Below the pieces are notes generated by a model that made no database searches, was not told the origin of the DNA, and saw nothing but the letters and a program-made list of their open reading frames with translations. Shown piece after piece: positions 1 to 11,069 of a stretch of DNA of 64,000 nucleotides; the first letter of the stretch is position 1; each line of letters opens with the position of its first letter. The position numbers and the translations under genes are program-made. Source of the stretch: Thermodesulfobacteriota bacterium (GTDB taxonomy: Bacteria; Desulfobacterota_D; UBA1144; Nemesobacterales; UBA2774); NCBI GenBank assembly GCA_963422265.1, contig OY729416.1, forward strand, positions 1,024,001 to 1,088,000, written 5' to 3'.

Positions 1-122
1 TCCAAAGACGTTAGGAGGGATACGCACGGACCTGATCCTGCTTGCCGTGAATACTTTAATTACTACTCTAGCGGTTTTAACGAAGCCAAAGATAAAGGGG
101 GAGCGTTAGAGCGTTAGCCAAT

Positions 123-1427
123 ATGGACGCTAAATACCTTTATTTAGAGACTTACGGCTGTCAGATGAACGAATATGATTCTGACAGGATAATAAACGCC
201 CTTAACGCCGAGAGAACCGACAATCCTAAGGATGCCGATATTATCATCATAAACACTTGCGCAATAAGGGACAAAGCCGATCAGAAAGCCTTCAGTAGTC
301 TTGGGAAATACAAGCGCCTCAAAGCCAGAAACCCTGATAAGATAGTTGGGATAGCAGGGTGCGTCGCCCAGCTTTACGGAGATGAACTACTCAAGAAAAT
401 GCCTTATCTGGACTTTGTACTCGGACCCAGATCCATACCGAAGCTGCCTGAACTTATTTCTCGTATAGAAAAAGAAAAGCTAAGAGTCATTGAAACTTCC
501 TACGACGTTGAAGAATTATTTGAAGTAGAACCTTACCACGCGCAAGGAAAGGTTACCGCCTTCGTCTCTGTGCAGCAGGGGTGCAATAAAAGATGCTCCT
601 ACTGTATTGTCCCTTACGTTAGGGGCAAGGAGGTAAACAGACCATTAAAGGACATACTAAGCGAAACAAGTAGCCTGGTTGGTAAGGGGGTAAGGGAGAT
701 AACCTTTATAGGTCAAACGGTTAATTCGTGGAAGGAAAATGGATACAAATTTGGAGATTTACTAAGAGCTGCGGCGGATATTGACAATCTTGAACGCATA
801 CGCTTTACGACATCCTATCCACGCGACGTAACAAAAAGAATGATAGACGCAATGAAAGACGTGCCTCAAATATGCCGACATATACACCTACCCGTGCAGT
901 CTGGATCGGATAGGGTGTTAAGTATGATGAAGAGAACATATACGAGGGACTGGTACATGGGCAGCGTCCAAAGACTAAGGGACGGGATTCCCGACGTTGC
1001 GCTTTCTACCGATATAATCGTAGGATTCCCCGGTGAGACCGAAAGCGATTTTAATCATACTATGTCTCTAATAGATGAGGTTCAATTCGATACTGCTTTC
1101 TCGTTTAAGTTCTCTCCTCGACCCGGAACGCCTGCAGCGGAGTCCCCCAAAGAACAGCTAATAGATAATGAAATTGCAGGGGAAAGACTAGCGGCTCTTC
1201 AATCGGCTCAAAAAAACATATCGTTAAAAAAGAACCTTAGCAGGGTAGGTCAAATTGAAGAGGTGCTGGTAGAAGGTGAAAGTAGAAATAATCCGAGAGT
1301 TGTCTCCGGAAGGACTAGCCAAAATAGAATCGCTAACTTTGAGGGTGGTAAAGAGCTTTATGGACAAATCGTTAAGGTGAAAATCACAGAAGGTCTATCA
1401 AACTCTCTGAGAGGAGAGTTATGCTAA
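123..1427 (+). CDS. miaB: tRNA-2-methylthio-N6-dimethylallyladenosine synthase
   Basis: N-terminal TYGCQMNEYDS, radical SAM CNKRCSYC, C-terminal TRAM domain. Confidence 0.95.
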   Translation: MDAKYLYLETYGCQMNEYDSDRIINALNAERTDNPKDADIIIINTCAIRDKADQKAFSSLGKYKRLKARNPDKIVGIAGCVAQLYGDELLKKMPYLDFVLGPRSIPKLPELISRIEKEKLRVIETSYDVEELFEVEPYHAQGKVTAFVSVQQGCNKRCSYCIVPYVRGKEVNRPLKDILSETSSLVGKGVREITFIGQTVNSWKENGYKFGDLLRAAADIDNLERIRFTTSYPRDVTKRMIDAMKDVPQICRHIHLPVQSGSDRVLSMMKRTYTRDWYMGSVQRLRDGIPDVALSTDIIVGFPGETESDFNHTMSLIDEVQFDTAFSFKFSPRPGTPAAESPKEQLIDNEIAGERLAALQSAQKNISLKKNLSRVGQIEEVLVEGESRNNPRVVSGRTSQNRIANFEGGKELYGQIVKVKITEGLSNSLRGELC

Positions 1428-1449
1428 ACGCTGCGGGAGGTAACCTAGG

Positions 1450-1923
1450 TTGTTGCAAATGACCGTAACCGGCATAGCATTGGATCCTTTTGCCAACACG
1501 CCCATAGTCATACTGAAAGATTTAGACAATGATAAGACGCTTCCTATATGGGTCGGCTTTATGGAGGCAAGCTCAATCGCAATGGAGCTTGAACACACCC
1601 CACGAACAAGACCCATTACACATGATTTTATTAAAAACCTATTAGAAAAGCTAAAGTTCAAGGTAACGAAGATTGAGATTACAGACTTAAAGGATGATAT
1701 ATTTTACGCAAAAATTTATCTCAAAAGGGATAATGAAGAACACTCTGTTGATGCTAGACCGAGCGACGCAATAGCTATTGCACTGAGAACGGACTCTCCC
1801 ATAATGGTAAATGAGGAGATAATCGAGCGCTCAAGGGACATAGGAATAGACGAGGATAAGGATAGGATTAAAGAGTTTCTAGAAAGTATGCCCGAATCAG
1901 GTTTTGGGAAATACAAAATGTAG
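1450..1923 (+). CDS. Bifunctional nuclease family protein (DUF151)
   Basis: LPIWVG..EA..IA, RP.THD and DARPSDAIAIALR motifs. Confidence 0.9.
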   Translation: MLQMTVTGIALDPFANTPIVILKDLDNDKTLPIWVGFMEASSIAMELEHTPRTRPITHDFIKNLLEKLKFKVTKIEITDLKDDIFYAKIYLKRDNEEHSVDARPSDAIAIALRTDSPIMVNEEIIERSRDIGIDEDKDRIKEFLESMPESGFGKYKM

Positions 1924-2100
1924 CGTATAGGCTAGACAAACCTGTCTTAGCTAGAGGAACAACCCCTATTCCATTACCCCTGATCCTAAAATAAATTCAG
2001 AATAACGCTTGATGAAGATATACAGAGGAAACCCAGTTAGTATTGACAGTTAAGTCTAATTGATCTAGATTTTAGAATTGGTGTTCAGGAAAAGTTGGGG

Positions 2101-2424
2101 ATGAAACTACCTGAGAAAATGTATTTCCGTATAGGAGAGGTAAGTGATTTTACCGGTATTAAACCATACGTTTTAAGGTATTGGGAAAGTGAGTTTGACG
2201 AGATAAAACCGATAAGAAGAAAGTCGCAAAGGCTCTATGACAGAGGCGCTATATACACTATAGTTAAGATTAAGAATCTGCTGTATAAAGAGAATTTCAC
2301 TATAGCTGGAGCGAAAAAGAAGATAAAAGAAGAGGTTCGCAACAAGTATTCAGGCACAGATGTCAACGTTCTGTTACACGAAATACTGGGCGAGCTAAGA
2401 TCAATTGAGCAAAAAACTAGATAG
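2101..2424 (+). CDS. MerR-family transcriptional regulator
   Basis: YFRIGEVS...PYVLRYWESEF helix-turn-helix; usual position next to tRNA-Pro. Confidence 0.9.
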   Translation: MKLPEKMYFRIGEVSDFTGIKPYVLRYWESEFDEIKPIRRKSQRLYDRGAIYTIVKIKNLLYKENFTIAGAKKKIKEEVRNKYSGTDVNVLLHEILGELRSIEQKTR

Positions 2425-2429
2425 AAAGT

Positions 2430-2506
2430 CGGGGTGTGGCGCAGACTGGTAGCGCATCGGTCTGGGGGACCGGGGGTCGCCGGTTCAAGTCCGGCCACCC
2501 CGACCA
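2430..2506 (+). tRNA. tRNA-Pro (GGG)
   Basis: CGGGGTG acceptor pairs with CACCCCG, anticodon loop CT-GGG-GG, GGTTCAAGTCC T-arm, encoded CCA. Confidence 0.95.
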
Positions 2507-2543
2507 TTTAAGAAAGAACTGCTTACGCTCAACTAGTTTTAAG

Positions 2544-2975
2544 CTAAGGGCAAGCGTCATAAGTCAGCAGATGTTCGTGGCGCTTATTCTGATAAATACT
2601 GCCACCGCTAACAACTTCCTTGAAGTCTTTATGTAATGCCTTATCGCTAAAGCACAACAGCTTCGTGTCGGATGCTTTAGCTAAACCAAGGATGTGTTCA
2701 TCATTTGACTGCAATTTTAGATCATGGCATTCCCTAATCTCTTTTATCGCTCTTTCCACAGTATCTTTCTCAATAGATCTCGCCATACCACTTTGTTTTC
2801 TGCTGACAAAAAATCTTTTCATTTCTTTATTTGAATTGAGCTCTCTATCTATTTCTTCGTAAGTAGAATAAACAAGCTTGCCATTCTTTTTCTCTAGCCA
2901 CTTATGAATTGGGATCATATCCTCCGTTCTCTTCAGAAAATCTCCATACATATTCGCATCCAGAATCATACACAT
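2544..2975 (-). CDS. Putative PIN-like domain protein
   Basis: ILDAN at N-terminus, SNDEHILGLA and LLCFSDKALHKDF acidic motifs typical of PIN folds. Confidence 0.55.
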   Translation of the reverse strand: MCMILDANMYGDFLKRTEDMIPIHKWLEKKNGKLVYSTYEEIDRELNSNKEMKRFFVSRKQSGMARSIEKDTVERAIKEIRECHDLKLQSNDEHILGLAKASDTKLLCFSDKALHKDFKEVVSGGSIYQNKRHEHLLTYDACP

Positions 2976-2978
2976 AGT

Positions 2979-4295
2979 CTAATCCTCAAACCCTAGTAGA
3001 CGATCATCTTCTTTCAGGAAAAAGTCCCTATATCCATCGGGAGCATTCAATAGGTTGCCTTGATTATCAAAAGATAGGTTATGCACTTCTACTCTATCAC
3101 TCACAGGTTTAAGGTATATCAAGGATACCTCGTCAGGGGAAATGTTTCCCCTACGAATCTCTATGCTTGCCCTGTTAACCATATAATCACTGTGCGTTTC
3201 AATTAGGAAAGAGTTATTTGTAGTTTTTGCGCTTTCAATTAAAAGGGAGGAAAGTTCAGCCTGCGCCCTCGGGTGAAGATGAACCTCGGGCTGCTGCAAT
3301 AGGAAACTGTTGCCGCCAGAAGAAAGAAACATCCGCACCAGCAGAGGCAATATCTGACTCACTCCATACCCCGTATCCATAATATTAGACTTAGCTCCCC
3401 TTACCTTAAACTGCAATTGGAAAGGGTCCCCCATTGATTCTCCGAAGTTTCTTACCTCTATATCAGTGAACAATCCGGAGGATTTACCAAAACGCACTAA
3501 TTTGTTACGAATTGGTTTCCATCTCTCTTCCCCCTCTCTGTGCAGACGCATCAAGGCTATAGGAACATCACTCCCCTCTGGATCTAGAATCTCCCGAATA
3601 GGATCGTATGTGCGTTGCGGCTTTGAACGGATAGGGGCTAGGCTCACTACTTTTGAGGTAACGCCGTAGGCACGATGCAACTCTGAGACCACGTCCCTTA
3701 ATACATCTTTATGATCTTTAGGCAGTTCTTCTTCCAGCATAAGAAACAGTGGAAAATGTAGGATAGACTCGGTATCACGTAATGACTTAGGCAGTTCAAT
3801 CTCAAGGGGATCATTATCATTACCCGCTCTGTTTTTCAGTGACACTATACAAGAAGGTTTTCCACCTGTAATACCTGAATCAATAGAGATAAAAAAATTT
3901 GGAGAATCAATTTTCGTATGGCTAACAACCGGCTCAGATCCTTTATCCCTCCCCACAAAACGCACGGTGTACTTAGTTTTCGGCGTATCCCAGTCAAGAC
4001 CCAGTTCAAACTCAGTCTTTTTCCCCTTGTTGTTACCACTTCCGTTATTTCTTCTAACAATATCATCGAACGACCCTAGCCTATAGGGTTCTATATTGAA
4101 GTCCGGAACATTCAACCTAGCAAAAGAAATACTATCAATTACATGAAAACACCCTAGAGCAGTAGTTTTCCCCGTGCTGTTCTCTCCTATTAAAAAGGTC
4201 AAAGGACGGATTTCAAATGTCTGCCTGCCATCAAAACAGCGCACGTTCTCAATCGTGAATTTTTTCTTACTACTTATGCGGTTGTTTTTTGCCAT
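2979..4295 (-). CDS. ABC-type/AAA_15 ATPase with DUF3696-like C-terminus
   Basis: Walker A GENSTGKT, signature GYGVSQILP, QQPEVHLHP, IETHS. Confidence 0.85.
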   Translation of the reverse strand: MAKNNRISSKKKFTIENVRCFDGRQTFEIRPLTFLIGENSTGKTTALGCFHVIDSISFARLNVPDFNIEPYRLGSFDDIVRRNNGSGNNKGKKTEFELGLDWDTPKTKYTVRFVGRDKGSEPVVSHTKIDSPNFFISIDSGITGGKPSCIVSLKNRAGNDNDPLEIELPKSLRDTESILHFPLFLMLEEELPKDHKDVLRDVVSELHRAYGVTSKVVSLAPIRSKPQRTYDPIREILDPEGSDVPIALMRLHREGEERWKPIRNKLVRFGKSSGLFTDIEVRNFGESMGDPFQLQFKVRGAKSNIMDTGYGVSQILPLLVRMFLSSGGNSFLLQQPEVHLHPRAQAELSSLLIESAKTTNNSFLIETHSDYMVNRASIEIRRGNISPDEVSLIYLKPVSDRVEVHNLSFDNQGNLLNAPDGYRDFFLKEDDRLLGFED

Positions 4296-4422
4296 GAGCC
4301 TGAATTTTACTCACAAATACTACTAAAACTAAATGCTATTCAGTGCTTCTTCAACAGGTGATGCCCCGCATTATTGAATGTATCACCACTCTTCACTAAT
4401 GCTATAACCTAATAAACAGAGA

Positions 4423-7400
4423 TTAAGAACTCCACTCCTCAGCGAAAAGTTCCGCTTGTTTTAAGATGTTGTCCGTTGCTAGCTTTTGCTCGTCTGGTGG
4501 GTAACCGTATCGGCGTAAAACCTTTTTGACAATCAAACGAAGATTTGCCTGAACGCTCTCCTTTATCGTCCAATCAATTGACGCTTCGGCTTTTACTCTT
4601 TGCGCCAACTCTTGGGCGAGCTTGCGCAACGTTTTGTCTCCCATTACCTCCCTAGCACTGTCGTTCATAGATAAGGCGTCGTAAAAAGCTATCTCATCCT
4701 CGCTCAGACCAAAACCTTTAACTCGTTCATCAGAAGCCTTAATCTCTTTGGCGATTTCTATCAATTCTTCTATGATCTGCGCCGTCGTGAGCAGGTTGCT
4801 TTGATATTTTCTTATCGCGGCGTCTAGCATTTCCGATAATCTTTTGCCCTTGATGAAATTCTTCTTCATTCTGGTTTTGACCTCATCACTCAGAATTTTC
4901 CTTAGTAACTCTAAGGCGAGGTTCTTGCGCTCCATACCGCGCACCTCATCTAAAAACTCATCCGAAAGAACGGAAATATCCGGCTTTTTAATCCCAGCCG
5001 CGTCAAAGACGTCAATTACGCCTTCAACGACAAGCGCTTTATCAATAATCTGCCTTATCGCAGTTTCTACTTCGGCGTCGCTCTTGCCACCCCCCACAGG
5101 CTCAAACTTAGTCAGTCGAGCCTTTACCGCCTGAAAAAACCCAACTTCCTCCTTTAATTCCATCGCCTCGCGGCTTGGGACGGAAAGCGCAAAAGCCTTT
5201 GATAGCAGACTGACTTGCTTTGTAAACCTATTTTTGCCATCTTCTAAAGCCAGAATATGCTCTTGCGCTTGTAAAATAATCGTCATTTTTCCCCTTGCGT
5301 CCACCGAGAAGTATGGCTTATAATCAAAACCATTAAACATCTGAGCAACAACCTCACCCTTCTCCATCATCACATCAATCGCCTGCGATTGCTTAAAGGT
5401 AGGAGAGCCTTTACCACTGCTTTTGGTGTAATCGGCTAACGCCCGCTTTAAGTCTGAAGCTATGCCTATATAATCAACGATGAGTCCACCGGGCTTGTCT
5501 TTATAAACCCTGTTGACGCGGGCGATTGCCTGCATAAGATTATGCCCCCGCATCGGTTTATCAATATACATAGTATGCAGGCACGGGGCGTCAAATCCCG
5601 TAAGCCACATATCCCTTACTATTACTAGCTTTAGCGCATCACTAGGATCCTTAAACCTATTAGCAAACCATCTTCTATCTTGCCTTTTAGTATTATGTCC
5701 TTGCCAGCTTTGAGGATCGCTTGAGCTAGAAGTCATCACAACTTTTATAGATCCCTTGTCTTTATCGGCATGGCGCCAATCGGGGCGGAGCTTAACTATT
5801 TCTTCATACAGTTCAACGGCTATGCGCCTACTCATGGCGACTATCATCCCTTTACCCTCAAAGACTTCCCGTCTCGCTTCGAAATGCTCAATAACGTCTT
5901 GGGCAACGGTTTTCAATCTATCTCTATGTCCGACTATTGCCTCTACACGTGCCCATTTAGCCTTTGTTTTCTCCGTGGCAGTGAACTCCTGACCCTCGAT
6001 TATCCGATCAACCTCCTCATCTAGCTTATCCCTTTCCTCGTCTCTCAAATGCACCTGAGCAAGTCGTGATTCATAATAGATGGCGACGGTCGCCCCATCC
6101 TCCACAGCTTGCTGCATATCGTAAACGTCAATGTAGTTTCCAAAAACCGCCGGAGTAGAAGCATCCTCTTTCGCAATTGGCGTTGCGGTAAAACCAACAA
6201 AGGAAGCATTTGGCAACGCGTCCCTTACATACTTGGCAAAGCCATATTTCGTAAATGCCCCGTCCTCTCTCTCTAGGGTCCTAGCCTTAAAACCATACTG
6301 ACTGCGGTGTGCTTCGTCAGCGATAACGACAATATTCTTCCGCCCTGAAAGAAGTTCAAACTTTTCCTTACACCTCTCAGGGGAGAATTTTTGAATAGTG
6401 GTAAACACTATTCCACCCCCCGCCGTCTTTAGAAGGTTCTTCAAATGAGCGCGGCTGTCAGCCTGCGAAGGCTCTTGCCTTAATAATTGCTTGCCGCTGG
6501 CAAAAGTACCAAATAGCTGATCGTCAAGGTCGTTGCGGTCCGTAATAACCACTATGGTAGGATTCCCCATACGCGAATCTACAATGAGCTTTCCTGCGTA
6601 GAACAACATAGAGAGAGATTTTCCACTCCCTTGCGTGTGCCACATAATGCCGGCTTTACGATCTCCCATTGGTTGCGCGTCAATCGTAGGCAGTCCATAG
6701 GCGGCAGGGTCCTCCCTAACCGCCCCTGAATTGTCAGATGAAGCCCTGATAGTTGACTCTACCGCCTTGTTCACAGCGTGATATTGATGATAGGCTGCGA
6801 TTTTTTTGATAGTAACGACTCTCTTTATGCCACCCGCCCCGCTATCTCCGTCGGGTGAGGAGATCAACCCTTCAGTGAGCTCAGAAGACCCTTTCATTGA
6901 TTTCTCAAACACCGTAAAGTGCCTAATTAAATCCAAAATCACGTCTGGGCGGAGCATTCCCTTTACAAGCGTTTCTATTTGCGGTGTAGTTCCAGCGTCC
7001 TCCTTTACGCCATCAACCGCTCTCCATTCCACAAAACGTGACCATCTAGCAGTCAGAGAACCAACTTTGGCGTCAAGACCATCAGAAGTTACCAAAACGC
7101 CGTTGTAGCAAAACAGGCTAGGAATAGCATTTTTATAGTTTTGAAGCTGGTTAAATGCTTTTTGAACGGTTGCCTTTTCATCCACTGGATTCTTTAACTC
7201 AATCACCGCCAACGGCAAGCCATTCACAAATAGGACAACGTCTGGACGCCTAGTAACGTTACCGTCAACAACGGTTCGGCTTTGCTCAGCAGCTACGGTA
7301 AATTGATTGCAAAAGACAAGATCGTTGTTTAGAGGATTGTCAAAATCAATAAGCCAAGCGTTATCGCCGACGGCGTCTTCTCCTTTCTGGTACTCAACGC

Positions 7401-7680
7401 TAACCCCGTCAGTCAACATCTGATGAAACGCCTCGTTGCTTTCCACTAGACTTTGACTTGGCAAGTTTAATACCTCATGCAAAATCTGCACCCGCGCGTC
7501 TTGTGGAATAAGCGGATTGAGCTTATCAATCGCTGCTTCCAGGCGTGCGCGCAGGACGACGTCGGACAAGCTGACCCGTTCGCGCTCCTGCTCTTCTGGT
7601 GAAAGGTATGAGTAACCCTGATTTTGTAGAAGTTCTATGACGAAGTTTTCAACGTCGGATTCATATATAGTGGTGCTCAT
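4423..7680 (-). CDS. hsdR: Type I restriction endonuclease subunit R
   Basis: [17 protein letters not shown] nuclease motif, [25 protein letters not shown]. Confidence 0.97.
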   Translation of the reverse strand: MSTTIYESDVENFVIELLQNQGYSYLSPEEQERERVSLSDVVLRARLEAAIDKLNPLIPQDARVQILHEVLNLPSQSLVESNEAFHQMLTDGVSVEYQKGEDAVGDNAWLIDFDNPLNNDLVFCNQFTVAAEQSRTVVDGNVTRRPDVVLFVNGLPLAVIELKNPVDEKATVQKAFNQLQNYKNAIPSLFCYNGVLVTSDGLDAKVGSLTARWSRFVEWRAVDGVKEDAGTTPQIETLVKGMLRPDVILDLIRHFTVFEKSMKGSSELTEGLISSPDGDSGAGGIKRVVTIKKIAAYHQYHAVNKAVESTIRASSDNSGAVREDPAAYGLPTIDAQPMGDRKAGIMWHTQGSGKSLSMLFYAGKLIVDSRMGNPTIVVITDRNDLDDQLFGTFASGKQLLRQEPSQADSRAHLKNLLKTAGGGIVFTTIQKFSPERCKEKFELLSGRKNIVVIADEAHRSQYGFKARTLEREDGAFTKYGFAKYVRDALPNASFVGFTATPIAKEDASTPAVFGNYIDVYDMQQAVEDGATVAIYYESRLAQVHLRDEERDKLDEEVDRIIEGQEFTATEKTKAKWARVEAIVGHRDRLKTVAQDVIEHFEARREVFEGKGMIVAMSRRIAVELYEEIVKLRPDWRHADKDKGSIKVVMTSSSSDPQSWQGHNTKRQDRRWFANRFKDPSDALKLVIVRDMWLTGFDAPCLHTMYIDKPMRGHNLMQAIARVNRVYKDKPGGLIVDYIGIASDLKRALADYTKSSGKGSPTFKQSQAIDVMMEKGEVVAQMFNGFDYKPYFSVDARGKMTIILQAQEHILALEDGKNRFTKQVSLLSKAFALSVPSREAMELKEEVGFFQAVKARLTKFEPVGGGKSDAEVETAIRQIIDKALVVEGVIDVFDAAGIKKPDISVLSDEFLDEVRGMERKNLALELLRKILSDEVKTRMKKNFIKGKRLSEMLDAAIRKYQSNLLTTAQIIEELIEIAKEIKASDERVKGFGLSEDEIAFYDALSMNDSAREVMGDKTLRKLAQELAQRVKAEASIDWTIKESVQANLRLIVKKVLRRYGYPPDEQKLATDNILKQAELFAEEWSS

Positions 7681-8260
7681 GAACTTTCAGTTATTGCCCC
7701 GCTGGAATCCTCTATTAGGTTTTTGAGGCTCTTAAGGAACACATTATAGCTCTTGCTTCTGTTCTGAGACGAAAGATGAGTACCTATCGCTCGCGAACCT
7801 GAGATCTTTTGGTATTTACCTTTAGTTATTCTCTCTAGTTCAAGAGAGGGTTTGTCTATGTCATCGGGTATGCGGTATTTGCTTTTGTTTGTATGGCTAG
7901 CCAGCTTAGGACAATCATCAAGAGCCTCCTCAACGGCTTTAATGTCTCCAAAATACCAACTTTCCAGCTCCCGGCAGGCGATCCTAACAATGGTCTCGGA
8001 CTTGCCCGCTCTTCTGCATATATCAACTATCCGCCTCTTGACTTCCTTACACTCGCTACGGTCTTGGTCCAGCAGAACAATAAACCTACTGTTTGGGGCG
8101 TTATCCATCTCTTTAGACGTTTGGGCAGTTCCTTTTGAAGGTCTTGCTTGCCTTCAAACACGATATAGTGGGGGATAATGGAGTCCGGTAAAAGACCCGC
8201 AAGCAATCCCTCGAGCATTTTCTGTGCGGACCTTTCCTCCAGAAAAAAGACCAGATTCAC
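7677..8260 (-). pseudogene. DUF4276-family (TOPRIM-like) protein, frameshifted
   Basis: ORFs 8027..8260 (FFLEERS, FEGKQDL) and 7677..8108 (LLDQD, ELESWYFGD) are consecutive parts of one gene; frame break near 8095-8108. Confidence 0.75.
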
Positions 8261-9453
8261 GAAGGATCCGCTCCATCAAAAAAACCCTGTCTCCATAGGT
8301 AACCCATCTGATCGCCATCCTCCATGTAAGCCCGAACCTGCTCATCATCCTTAGCCCGATGGACGATCGCGTAACCGTTTTCTTTCTGAAGCCAGAAGAC
8401 TTCATCCAATTTGGCGGCGTTCAAGAAATCCGGGGAATGTGTAGATACAAAGACTTGCCCCCCGCGGTTGGCATACATACGAAACTCCTCCGCCAATTCA
8501 GACAGTAAGGACAGATACAATTGATTCTCTGGCTCTTCAACACAAAGCAAAGGGTGAGGATCGGGATCGTAAAGCAAAGTCGGGTAAGCGAGCATTTTTA
8601 TAGTCCCATCCGACACGTAACGCGCCAGAAAAGGATCCTCAAAAGTGCCATCACTAAACTTTAATAGAATTCGCCCTTCTTCAGTCTGCTTTGACTCAAC
8701 ACCCGATATTCCTGGCACCCGCTCTTTCAGTTTATTCACTATCTCCTTAAAGATAGCTAGATGGTTGTTGTGCAGGTATTCAATAACTAGAGACAAATTA
8801 TCTCTCTCAGTGGAAAGATGCTCGGCATAACCGGCCTCCTGCTCTGGTCGCGCCTGATTAACGTGAAAATCGGAGACGTGCCAACGCTCAATGAGGTTGC
8901 CCAGTGCAACCGCGGCGGGGAAACGTTCAAACTGGGCAAGCCCTTTAATCGCTAGCAAACCCTGAGACTTGAGCGTCTGCTTTTCGCGTTGCAGCTTTCT
9001 CACGTCAGTAACCTCTTCAAGCTCATTGGTTACGGCTTCTCCCTTGCCGTTTTTAAAATCCAGAAAACGCCAAGGCCGTCCCTTACGACCCCGACGATAT
9101 TTAAGAACTTCTCTTTTCACAGTTGGACGAGGACGACTCCCCTCTAATTCGTCAATCTCAAGCAGGTAAGTTATCAATCGCCCCCTAGTGGTTTGTCTAA
9201 ACTTGATTTCAATCTCTATTGGACCTTCAGAATTCCTACTTCTCACTTCATTAAAGCCCCTGCTTCCGCCAAGTTTGGCAAGGGCGGTTTTCACATTGGA
9301 AGTCATTGCGTTGCGGAGAAAACCGAACACGGAGAATAAAGTGGACTTACCAGCCCCATTAGCGCCAACGAATACCGCAAAACTGGGAATCTCCCGCATT
9401 TCTACTTCACGAAAGGCGCGAAAGTTTTTCAACCGTAGGTATTCAATTCGCAT
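8257..9453 (-). CDS. AAA_21/ABC-type ATPase (partner of DUF4276)
   Basis: GANGAGKS, SDGT signature, VEEPEN, STHS. Confidence 0.9.
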   Translation of the reverse strand: MRIEYLRLKNFRAFREVEMREIPSFAVFVGANGAGKSTLFSVFGFLRNAMTSNVKTALAKLGGSRGFNEVRSRNSEGPIEIEIKFRQTTRGRLITYLLEIDELEGSRPRPTVKREVLKYRRGRKGRPWRFLDFKNGKGEAVTNELEEVTDVRKLQREKQTLKSQGLLAIKGLAQFERFPAAVALGNLIERWHVSDFHVNQARPEQEAGYAEHLSTERDNLSLVIEYLHNNHLAIFKEIVNKLKERVPGISGVESKQTEEGRILLKFSDGTFEDPFLARYVSDGTIKMLAYPTLLYDPDPHPLLCVEEPENQLYLSLLSELAEEFRMYANRGGQVFVSTHSPDFLNAAKLDEVFWLQKENGYAIVHRAKDDEQVRAYMEDGDQMGYLWRQGFFDGADPS

Positions 9454-9588
9454 AGCCTGCTCCTTGCTTAAAAATTATCCATTTTATTCCGATTTGTCAT
9501 ATAGCGCATGGAGCAATACATCACGTTGTCTCACGCAGAGGTTATACCACGACCAATTGTCAGTCCTTCAACCAGCCCAGAATACCAT

Positions 9589-10485
9589 TTAGGGCTTGGA
9601 GCCGTATTCATAATCGCGTCCGATTTTCCAAACCTCTTTTTCTCTAAATGCCTGTATAGTCTGACGACGGGCGGCGTTGGTAACGGCTGGAGCCGAAAGT
9701 CCGTTCTGTTTGATATAATCCGACAGTCGTATAATGCTCTTTCCTTTTAAGTAGGTTATCCGCTTGTGCAACGATTCCAGCAAAGCCAAAGCTAAAATTC
9801 TTTCCATTATTTTCGCCTGCTTCTTCTCGCGGTAATCCCCAAAGGCTTCATAGTATATGCTCTTTTCCTTGTTGCGAATTATGACGCGTGGAAATCCTAA
9901 CTCTAACAACTGAAAGTTAATAATCACTCGCCCTATACGACCATTGCCGTCGCAAAACGGATGGACGGTCTCAAAGTCCAAATGGAACTTGGCGATTTTA
10001 TCTAAAAAATAACCGTCTAGGTCGTTTGAATAGGTAAATAGAACGTTACCGATCATTCGCTCAACATGCTCCGGTGGAGGGGCTATATGAGCACCAACCC
10101 GCACGTATTCACCCTTTTGTCGAAATCGCCCGGCAATAGAGTCGTCAATACCACCCATAAGCATTTTGTGTAAAAGAAGGATGAGTTCCTCGGTCAGACT
10201 TTCTCTTTTAACCTTGCTACGCTTATAATCAATTACCCGAGCTAAGTTTCTCGCCTCAAACACTTCCCGGACAGAGACGTTACGGGATAATTCCATCTCT
10301 AATAAAATTTTCTCCGTCTCTTTAAGCGTTAAAGTGGAGTTTTCTATGGCATTTGAGTTATAGATGCTCTCCGGTGCTTCCGCCTCGTCAATCAAGGCTA
10401 AAAGAGACTCCTTGCCGCTTGCTAAGGAAGCATATTCTTCCCGCAATGCGCTAATTCTTTTTCTAATAGATTGCCGAGTAGCCAC
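9589..10485 (-). CDS. Fic-family protein with C-terminal HTH-like extension
   Basis: HPFCDGNGRIGR Fic motif; SNAIEN inhibitory-helix-like motif. Confidence 0.9.
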   Translation of the reverse strand: MATRQSIRKRISALREEYASLASGKESLLALIDEAEAPESIYNSNAIENSTLTLKETEKILLEMELSRNVSVREVFEARNLARVIDYKRSKVKRESLTEELILLLHKMLMGGIDDSIAGRFRQKGEYVRVGAHIAPPPEHVERMIGNVLFTYSNDLDGYFLDKIAKFHLDFETVHPFCDGNGRIGRVIINFQLLELGFPRVIIRNKEKSIYYEAFGDYREKKQAKIMERILALALLESLHKRITYLKGKSIIRLSDYIKQNGLSAPAVTNAARRQTIQAFREKEVWKIGRDYEYGSKP

Positions 10486-10884
10486 AATGAACAGTTAAAA
10501 GATAGTTTTAAGTTTACAGTTTTGAGTTGACAGCTAACTAACAACTATCCACTTGATTATATAAATTCACTTGAATATGTCAATAAAGCGTGAAGAGAAG
10601 TGTTAAAGAGGGGTATATTCACGGGGTTTTTGTCTGAACTATGAGAAGGGGAATGACGATGGAGACAAAAGAAGCCCTCACCCTGTCCCTCTCCCAGAGG
10701 GGAGGGGTCTAAACTGTGATTGGTAGGATTAAAGGACGGACTTTGGCAACTAATCACTGATCACTGTCAATTATCAAACTAAACTTCATAGTATTCCCAA
10801 AATCATTAAAATCACAGTTCAGATACTCTCACTTCCCTATTCATCAGATTCGGTAACAGAGCATCCCGCGGGCTTTCAAGAGTG
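10426..10884. repeat. Direct repeat copy 1 (fic 5' end + upstream region + palindromic element + hsdS tail)
   Basis: Closely matches 11691-12125 over the fic start and upstream region; the hsdS-tail parts are more diverged. Confidence 0.9.
10812..10884 (-). repeat. hsdS 3'-tail remnant R5
   Basis: Translates TLESPRDALLPNLMNREVRVSEL*, matching the HsdS end TLESLRDTLLPKLMSGDVIIES. Confidence 0.85.
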
Positions 10885-10895
10885 CTCAATACAAA

Positions 10896-11054
10896 TCATT
10901 TTTTCTTAACGGGTGGAGATGGTTCTTGATCTTGAGGTCGAGAAACCAAAGGTAACGGAGGTGGTATTCTTGATGGTCTCGGAGGGGGTGGAGATAATAT
11001 TGTTCTTTTATACGCTTTAACTTCTTCTATTTTTTTATTGCTCATTTTACCCAT
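10896..11054 (-). CDS. Small proline-rich peptide (52 aa)
   Basis: MGKMSNKKIEEVKAYKRTILSPPPPRPSRIPPPLPLVSRPQDQEPSPPVKKK*; starts 15 nt after the upstream gene, preceded by GAGAGG. Confidence 0.5.
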   Translation of the reverse strand: MGKMSNKKIEEVKAYKRTILSPPPPRPSRIPPPLPLVSRPQDQEPSPPVKKK

Positions 11055-11069
11055 CCTCTCAAGCTTATT

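Noticed and set aside
2235-2636. ORFs overlapping tRNA-Pro
   Set aside because: Spurious translations of the tRNA gene.
4380-4402. Possible hsdR tail remnant (SEEW* versus AEEWSS*) before the ATPase-PIN pair
   Set aside because: The match is too short to distinguish from chance.
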